DNA from: Eledone cirrhosa
Taxonomy: Eukaryota
Length of the DNA stretch: 64,000 bases
Direction of reading: 5' to 3'
Assembly (NCBI GenBank): GCA_964016885.1
Contig: OZ024740.1
Span: 194,804,001-194,868,000 of the forward strand
Shown here: piece by piece, positions 56,233 through 64,000 of the stretch
Position numbering within the stretch: the first letter of the stretch is position 1
How the letters are laid out: every line of letters starts with the position of its first letter
The notes under the pieces: model-generated
What the model was told of the DNA's origin: nothing
What the model saw: the letters and a program-made list of their open reading frames with translations, nothing else
Databases searched by the model: none
Made by a program: the position numbers and the translations under genes

Positions 56233-58333
56233 CCATTTAAACATAATATGTTGGCTTATAAATGGGGTTTGGATTTTTTATCATTTCTCTGACATAAAAT
56301 AGGGACTCCACTTATATTCAAGTATATACTGTACTTCCCATCATCCTAAAATGGAAAGACATGCTTGGTAATGCAATCCTAGAAGTTTAAAGAAAATATG
56401 ACTATGACAGGAGTGTAATGATTGGAATGTCAGTTCAGCTGTATGTTTATAAAACATTATCGACAATACAGAACACTACTGAACAAAAATTATTTGAATA
56501 ACATTGTTTAATATACATGTTCATCTTGGTTTTAGAATACCATGTGTAACCTAGTTCTGGAAACCAATCCAATCTAAGACCTTCTCACACTTTTGGAGGA
56601 ACACTTCCCTGGTTGACGTTCACTGCATTCTGCTTGGGTTTGGTGATGTCAGGAGTGTAGCCATACTCACCACGCTTGGTTAATTGCTGGTTGGTGAGGC
56701 TATTTAACCCATAGTTGGGAAAAGGTATACAAAATACCTGTATGTTCTAAGAGTGACTAAAAAAGTTGGAAGAGCATCCAACAATAAATCACTGTCTCCA
56801 GAAGTCATGTCCAACCCATGCTAGCACAAAAAGAAGACTTAAAACTATGATGATAATGATGTTTATGACAATGATGACAACAATGATGATGATTCGTCTA
56901 AAAATGTTATCATTCAGTCTAGCTATTTATTTCCAACACCTAACAACCAATATTAAAATTCTTCAGCTATTATACATCTGTCAATTTCCTTTAACAACAT
57001 GAAACTGAACATATTAACATATGTTACCTAGCTATCAAGAATAGGTATCACATCAAATAGGAAGGATACATGTGACAGAGCACTAACCAATTCACAACAA
57101 ATACAAGTTCTCACCCCTCCAGACGTTCTTGGTATTCCAGAAGGCATTAGCATTTACATTACATTTTAATTGATAGAAAGCTTCTGGTGGTCACCCAATC
57201 AAACACTTTCGAATTTTGATTGGTACATTTACATTTTTACACCTATATCTTCTACTCCATATCCCACCACCACCACCCCCACCACTACTACTAATACCAT
57301 CACTACTATTACTACTACTACCACCACCACCAGCACTACTATTACTACTACTACTATTACTAATACAACTCCAACTACAAATGGAAAATAAATTTACAAA
57401 CCAAAGCAATAAAATGAATCCTGTTTTTTTTTCATGTTATTTTATTATATATTTGGAGGCTGAATACGTATGAAGAGCTAAAAGACAAAAGATAATTAAG
57501 TCAGAAGTTAATTCAAGTATGAGAAGAGAAAAAGATAAAATGAGGAAGGAAGGAGCTCATTGTAAAATAAAACAAATCAAAGCTCCACCAAAAAACGACA
57601 ATCTAACACTCTTAGGAAATAAACTATATTATGTAAATCAATGAATGAGGCAAGGGAAAAATGGAAGAAAATTTATGGGAAATAAATATTGATTAGAATT
57701 AAGTTTAGGTTCAGGGATTAGTGTTAGGGTTGGGGTTTGGGTTAGGTTTAAGTTTTGAATTACACATTCTAGAGCTCATGAATTTATAGCAGGGAGAAAG
57801 TTAATAATAAGAAGAAAAAGGATAGCCTGAATTCAATTTTCTTAGCTTCATTTATAGTTTCAGTACATTAACTAACAAGAGTATACGAACATAGTGACAA
57901 ACGAATACCATGCATACATGTACATAGCTATAAATATATATATATATATGTATATAGGGCTGTGAATAGAGTTATTACAGTATAAGATTAAATGCCATGC
58001 CGTATTTATTCCTGCTCTTTGCATTCTGCTTTCAAATTCTACTGAGATCAACATTGCCTTTCATCTGTTTGGGGTTTAATAAATAAAGTACTAGCCTGAG
58101 ATATTGAATTAGCAGAATTGTGATTATATATACACAGTCACACATACACATATATATATATATGTAAGTATGCATACGTACATACATACACACATGCACA
58201 TATATATATATATATTTATTTGCTCTACGGTTCTTATATATTTGATATATATTTATCCTTATCGAGCCCTCTTTGGATTTTAGTCTTCAAATTTATTATT
58301 ATTACTATATATATATATATATATATACTCACA

Positions 58334-58860
58334 GAATAGGCAGACCCAGAAAAACCTGAGACGACCTGATAAATTCCGACCTCACACACTTACACCTCTC
58401 CAAGACAATGTCACTGGACCGAGATCTTTGGCGGTACTCAGTAATAGAGAAGACCCGCCTTACCTAAATACAAAGTAAAAAAAACCTACTACAGTCAGTA
58501 GGCATCTCTAACAAAATACACACCCGTCCCACCACCCCCACCCCATCCACACCTCCCCTTTCAATGTAAAGTTATGTTGGTGCCACAACATCCAGGCCGA
58601 AACAAATGAGATCGTGTAGGTGTCACAACAAAAAAACACACAGTCCACGCTGTAATGTGGCCGTGTAGGCAACACGGTAAAAACCTCCCAGTCCCACACT
58701 GTAAATGTGGTTGGTGTTAGGAAGGGTATCCAGCTGTAGAAAACCCGCCAGACAGTCCTATGCGAGCAAGACAACCACTCTTGCCTCAAGTGGGAAAACT
58801 CCCGTCCAAACCCATGCAAGCGTGGAACATGGACGTTAAACGATGATGATGATGATGATT
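58334..58860 (+). mobile_element. 5'-truncated RTE LINE
   Basis: Near-identical to 52190-52717. Confidence 0.92.
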
Positions 58861-59461
58861 ATGACTCACACACATATATACATATGTAAGTATGCATACG
58901 TACATACATACACACACGCATATATATATATATATATATACTCACACACATATATATATACACATATGTACATATGGATTATATCAAATATTATTATTAT
59001 TAATGTTACATATGTGTATGTATATGTGTGTGTGTGCATATGCATACTTATATTTATGTATCAACTGTGCTAGAGCAAGAAATAAAATTCTAATTTATAT
59101 ATATATATATATATGTATATGAGAAATCAATGATGATATATATTAGTTTAATGCTTGATATAGTAAGAAATAGAGTTTAACATTTCTGACATTAGTTTTT
59201 CACCAGAAGATAGATTGACATATGGAAGAAGAAATAGGATAGAAAAGACAAAACAAAAGAGATTTTTTTACATGAGGAAAGTATGTGTGAGTGTGTCTGA
59301 AGGTGACCAAAATTGCTGGTACCAGAAGTGTGTCCAGCTATAGAATATTGCTGCAAAAAAGGATTCGCTGATGAATATTAAGCCTATCACAGAGCCTGTA
59401 AGTCTAGCTTCTGCTTTAGTTGAGAAAATGGCTTGAAAACATTTGATGTATATATCTATGT

Positions 59462-59796
59462 ATCATCATCATTTTACGTCCGCTTTTCCCTGCTTGCAAG
59501 GGTGGGACGGGAACTGATTTTGGCTCGATTTCTACAGCTGGATGCCCTTCCTGACACCAACCTCATTTACAGTGAGTGCTGGGTGCTTTTTTGCCGTGGC
59601 ACCTACATGTCCACTTTACAGTGGAATGATGGGGACCCCAGTCCCTATCATCTCATTTCTACAGCTGAGTAAACTGGAGCAATGTGAAATAAAGTGTCCT
59701 GCTCAAGGAAACAACACATCACTCGGTCTGAGAATTGAACTCACAACCTTTCGATTGCAAGGCCAATGCTCTAACCACTAAGCCATGTGCCTTCAC
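59462..59796 (-). mobile_element. tRNA-derived SINE with shortened RTE tail
   Basis: Same head and junction (GATAGGACTGGGGTCCC) as 49329-49778. The head also occurs at ~19095-19215 (+) and ~37395-37675 (+) with other tails. Confidence 0.85.
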
Positions 59797-59810
59797 TATT
59801 ATATATATAT

Positions 59811-60329
59811 AAAAGAAATGAGATTTCGCTTCAAGCATAGCTTTATACAAATATGTAGAGAAATTTTGTATTTCTAAAGAAACACGGTTTTAGGAAGCCA
59901 TAGCTATGCAAACACCGGGGCTAACGCCCTCTGGTGGTGTCCAGCAGAGGCAAGGGGGACAACTGTCTATGCATTTCAGGCTTGACTGGCCTTCATCAGG
60001 ATGGTCCCTCCCAATGCTTGCACTTGCTGGACTTGAAAACAGTCGAGAATATATAGTTTTCTCATCTGTGTAAATGAGGTGATTAATCTCATTTGCATAT
60101 GAAGCTGCATAAGTTGGCCAGCCCCAATGTTTGCATAGCTACGGCTTCCTAAAACCGTGTCTCTTTAGAAGTACGAAATTTCTATACATATTTGTATAAA
60201 GCCATGCTTGAGGTGAAATCTTATTCCTTTTCTATTATAAGTTGAGCCAACTTATGCAGCTTAGTATGCAAATGAGATTAATCACCTCATTTACACAGAC
60301 GATATATTCTTGACTGTTTTCAAGTCCAG
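59811..60329. mobile_element. Interleaved inverted-repeat element A-B-A'-B' carrying a hammerhead
   Basis: A 59811-59922 pairs with A' 60120-60231; B 60027-60118 pairs with B' 60246-60329; starts at a TA tract and is fused to an RTE fragment on the right. Confidence 0.75.
59955..60009 (-). ncRNA. Type I hammerhead ribozyme motif, partly decayed
   Basis: GGGACCAUC-CUGAUGA-AGGC-cagucaa-GCCU-GAAA-UGCA-UA/-GACAGUUGUCCC. The two stem I mismatches are each explained by CG>CA decay of an ACCGUC/GACGGU helix. Confidence 0.68.
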
Positions 60330-60331
60330 GG

Positions 60332-60784
60332 TTATACGATGCCTGTATGAGATGCACGATACTGCATGGTAGTGAGACATGGGCAGCAACTGCAGATGAT
60401 ATGCGAGAAATGAAGCAAGCATGCTCCGTTGGATGTGCAATGTCAATGTGCGTGAACGACCAAGCATAGATGTGTTGAGAGAGAAACTGGGTATAAGAGG
60501 GATAAGCTGTGGTGTGCAGGAGGAAAGACTGAGATGGTATAGACATGTGATGCGCATGGAGGATGACCTCTGAGTAAAGAAGTGCCAAGAAATCCCAGTA
60601 GAAGGAAGACACAGTAGAGGAAGACCACCAAAAACATGGGCGGGGTGGGGAGAGCAGACCTCAGATCGCTGAAACTCAGGGAGGAGATGACGAAGGACCG
60701 TGACAAGTAGAGAGATGCTGTGCTGAATAAGACCCATCCCATCCTTGCAAGCAGGGAAAAGAGGGAGTAAAATGATGATGATGA
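60332..60784 (+). mobile_element. RTE LINE 3' fragment (divergent subfamily, short 3'UTR)
   Basis: LYDAC..LHGSETW..RLRWY..GRPPKTW homology with frameshifts; tail CTTGCAAGCAGGGAAAAG..(GAT)n. Confidence 0.85.
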
Positions 60785-60893
60785 TATATATATATATATA
60801 TATATACGCATTTCAAAAACAAATATCATCATATCATTATATATATATATATATGCATACATATATATATATGCATACATATATATATATATA

Positions 60894-60954
<61 letters not shown>

Positions 60955-60970
60955 TTACATATATATATAT

Positions 60971-61015
<45 letters not shown>

Positions 61016-61112
61016 CATATATATATATATATGCATACATATATATATATACTTACATATATATATATATATATATACATACATACATATATATATATAT
61101 ACATATATATAT
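60785..61112. repeat. Compound (TA)n microsatellite with higher-order units
   Basis: Direct reading; similar tracts at 5040-5330, 22345-22412, 22895-22950, 33120-33255, 45390-45455 and 63047-63381. Confidence 0.95.
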
Positions 61113-61329
61113 ATTACCCACTCTACTACCCTAAGTATTGAGTACTCTGGTTCGTTATGGTCCATCTGGTTCCTTACCACAATTCCTTTGTTATATATAT
61201 ATATATGGTGGCTGCCAACTTATTTTCGAGTACAGCCACTACTCTATATCCATGTAGGAGAACCCCTACCGATGCGCTGAACGAGTGTGACATTTTAGTC
61301 CAGCCAGTGACTTGAAAACTATGGTACAA

Positions 61330-61812
61330 ACACAACACTTGTGACAATTATTGACACAAAGTGCTGGGTCCATGGTACCATGTGACGACAAGTGCAGAGA
61401 GATCTCCAGATATAAAGCAATGCCTGTGCCGTGAAGCTTTTATAGTGAGCAAAGGCACTGCACAAAGCCAGTCCCACTCTCTTAACCAAGATGATATTTA
61501 CCAAAAAGAAGAACAAGTCAACATCATTGGATACCATCAGAGTTGCAGGTGTTATATCAGAGTTTTCCTTCTCCTAGAATTCTGCCTTGACAAAGGCTAA
61601 GGGGTCATCTCTCCCGGTGATTTTGGATGGCCATTGACTCTTAAGAGCTCCTTTGCCCTTTGACAGGTTTTGTTTTTAGTCCTGCAGGATGTCCAAAGTC
61701 ACCCTCCTCACCAAGAAATCTTGGTGGGGTTGCCAGTTTAGTCGCCAACAACCCGACCATGAGACAGGTTGTACTGGGATACATGTTACCAGTAGCACCA
61801 ACTGGTGACCTG
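61330..61812 (-). mobile_element. Non-coding RTE 5'UTR-like element
   Basis: Contains CTAGGAGAAGGAAAACTCTGA and GGCGACTAAA motifs recalled from RTE 5'UTRs; starts at a TA tract. Confidence 0.45.
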
Positions 61813-61817
61813 ACATA

Positions 61818-61884
<67 letters not shown>

Positions 61885-62094
61885 GATAACAAGTTATCGT
61901 CATAGGTAATCCAGTTAGAGGTTGTGAGTACTCTGCGTCATGGATAGTTTTAACATACGGCTTTGTTTGACTCAACAAAATGCTTCCATCGTTATGCAGC
62001 GAGTTTGCAGTAATTTCTATGCAGGTTATACTTGGAGTAATAATAGTTAAAGTTATCTTTAACTATATATATATTTATAGATATATATAAATAC

Positions 62095-63046
62095 ATCATC
62101 ATCATCATCATCATCAACGTTTAACGTCCGTGTTCCATGCTTGCATGGGTTTGGACGGGGGTAGTCCCACTTGAGGCAAGAGTGATTGTCTTGCTCGCAT
62201 AGGACTGTCTGGCAGGTTTTCTACAGTTGGATGCCCTTCCTAACACCAACCACATTTACAGTGTGGGTCTGGGAGGTTTTTACCGTGTTGCCTACACGGC
62301 CACATTACAGCGTGGACTGTGTGTTTTTTTGTCGTGACACCTACACGATCTCATTTGTTTCGGCCTCGATGGCGCGGCACCAACATAACTTTACATAGAA
62401 CGGGGTGGTGTGGATCGGGTGGGGGTGGTGGTGGTGGGACGGGGTGTATTTTGTTAGAGATGCCTACTGGCTGGAGTAGGTTTTACTATATATTTAGGTA
62501 AGGCGGGTCTTCTCTGTTACTGAGTACCGCCAAAGGTCTCGGTCCAGTGACATTGTCTTGGAGAGGTGTAAGTGTGTGATGTCGGAGTTTATCAGCTCGT
62601 CCCAGGTTTTTCTAGGTCTGCCTATTCCGTGACTACCATCTATCTTTATTGCCCTGCACTTTGTTATACAGCTATCGACTTTCATGCGCATCACGTGTCC
62701 ATACCAACGTAGCCTTCTCTCGAGTAAACAACATCTGATCCCTCTTATCTCTAATTTTTTTCCTTAGTTCGTTTATGCTTTGCCGTTCACGTATATTACT
62801 GTTACACATCCAGCGGAGCATGCAAGCTTCGTTTCTCTCTAGTCTGCGTATATCCTCTGCACACAATGCCCAGGTCTCACTGCCATGCAGCATTGCTGTT
62901 CGTATGCAGGCATCGTACAACCTGCCTTTCATTTTTAGTGAGAACCCTTTAGCAGCTAATAGTGGTATAAGCTCTCTGAACTTTTTCCAACCAGTTCTGA
63001 CTCTAGCTACAGTACTTTCAGAGCACCCTCCCCCACTGCTGATTTT
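62095..63046 (-). mobile_element. 5'-truncated RTE LINE
   Basis: ORFs 62672-62932 and 62494-62694, 3'UTR, (GAT)n tail. Confidence 0.93.
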
Positions 63047-63216
63047 ACATATATATATATACTTAGATACATACGTATATATATACTTAGATCATATGTA
63101 TATATATATATATATATATACTTAGATACATATGTATATATATATCTATATACTTATATATATATATATACTTAGATACATATGTATATATATATATATA
63201 TATACTTAGATCATAC

Positions 63217-63264
<48 letters not shown>

Positions 63265-63304
63265 GTATGATCTAAGTATATATATATATATAAGTATATA
63301 TATG

Positions 63305-63368
<64 letters not shown>

Positions 63369-63419
63369 CATATATATACATATAATATAAGATCAAAAGA
63401 TGGTTAAAGGAGTTCCATA

Positions 63420-63490
63420 TATTTTATTATGCGCATTTCAAAAACAAACATCATCAAACAATAATATTTGCGTTTTCATCAGATAAAACA
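63420..63490 (-). ncRNA. Type I hammerhead ribozyme motif (left arm of palindrome)
   Basis: Exact reverse complement of 63695-63765. Confidence 0.8.
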
Positions 63491-63694
63491 GGAGAACATG
63501 ATATGAAGGCTAAAAAACACTTGTTGATAGTGCAGTTTTAAATCAACATATGAAAAGTGGTTTTAGATTGATGTGTGATATTGGGAAAAATATATTTTTC
63601 CCAATATCACACATCAATCTAAAACCACTTTTCATATGTTGATTTAAAACTGCACTATCAACAAGTGTTTTTTAGCCTTCATATCATGTTCTCC

Positions 63695-63765
63695 TGTTTT
63701 ATCTGATGAAAACGCAAATATTATTGTTTGATGATGTTTGTTTTTGAAATGCGCATAATAAAATA
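63695..63765 (+). ncRNA. Type I hammerhead ribozyme motif (right arm of palindrome)
   Basis: UGUUUUAU-CUGAUGA-[~16-bp stem II with G.U pairs and one mismatch, GUUU loop]-GAAA-UGCGCA-UA/-AUAAAAUA: 8-bp stem I, palindromic stem III (AUGCGCAU), AUA cleavage triplet. Confidence 0.8.
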
Positions 63766-63918
63766 TATGGAACTCCTTTAACCATCTTTTGATCTTATAT
63801 TATGCATACTCCAGTCCCACAAACTGTAGAGTGCTTCTTATCCGATATCTGCATTGCTTTATTGTACTACAATAAAACTCACCTCCTACATATATATACA
63901 TATATATATATATATATA

Positions 63919-64000
63919 GCTAAAAGTAAGCCACTCTACTTGGCATTTGTCAACCTTGAGAAAGCCTTTGACAGAGTTCCACGTGCTGTAATCTGGTGGG
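63919..64000 (+). mobile_element. Start of another 5'-truncated RTE LINE (runs off window)
   Basis: AKSKPLYLAFVNLEKAFDRVPRAVIWW immediately after a TA tract. Confidence 0.88.

Larger units (their letters stand above)
63382..63803. repeat. Loop-less palindrome, 2 x 211 bp
   Basis: Arms appear identical by eye around centre GGGAAAAATA|TATTTTTCCC (63592/63593); abuts a long TA tract on the left. Confidence 0.95.

Noticed and set aside
4980-63396. Numerous YI/HT/CV/poly-T/poly-V ORFs and ORFs antisense to LINEs
   Set aside because: Translations of microsatellites or shadow frames of the RTE ORF.

Overview
AT-rich, microsatellite-dense animal genomic DNA. The repeat repertoire (RTE LINEs with (GAT)n tails, tRNA-derived SINEs, long TA/CA tracts) suggests a coleoid cephalopod, probably Octopus; this is inference. 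The one confident host coding feature is the terminal exon of PDSS2 (decaprenyl-diphosphate synthase subunit 2) on the minus strand at 3511-3663, so most of the window is probably PDSS2 intron. That space holds about a dozen copies of a young RTE LINE family inserted into (TA)n tracts (one near full length, with APE, RT and a PHD-like finger), many SINEs, piggyBac-type MITEs, mariner/CRE/R4 fossils and a 30-bp minisatellite. The main unexplained signal is a set of short non-coding inserts in TA tracts that carry type I hammerhead ribozyme motifs and/or fold-back architecture. These include a loop-less 422-bp palindrome with a hammerhead on each strand, an interleaved A-B-A'-B' inverted element around a hammerhead, and inverted duplications of flanking host DNA. 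They resemble Penelope-like/retrozyme-type non-autonomous elements. All alignments and folds were done by eye; repeat boundaries are approximate.
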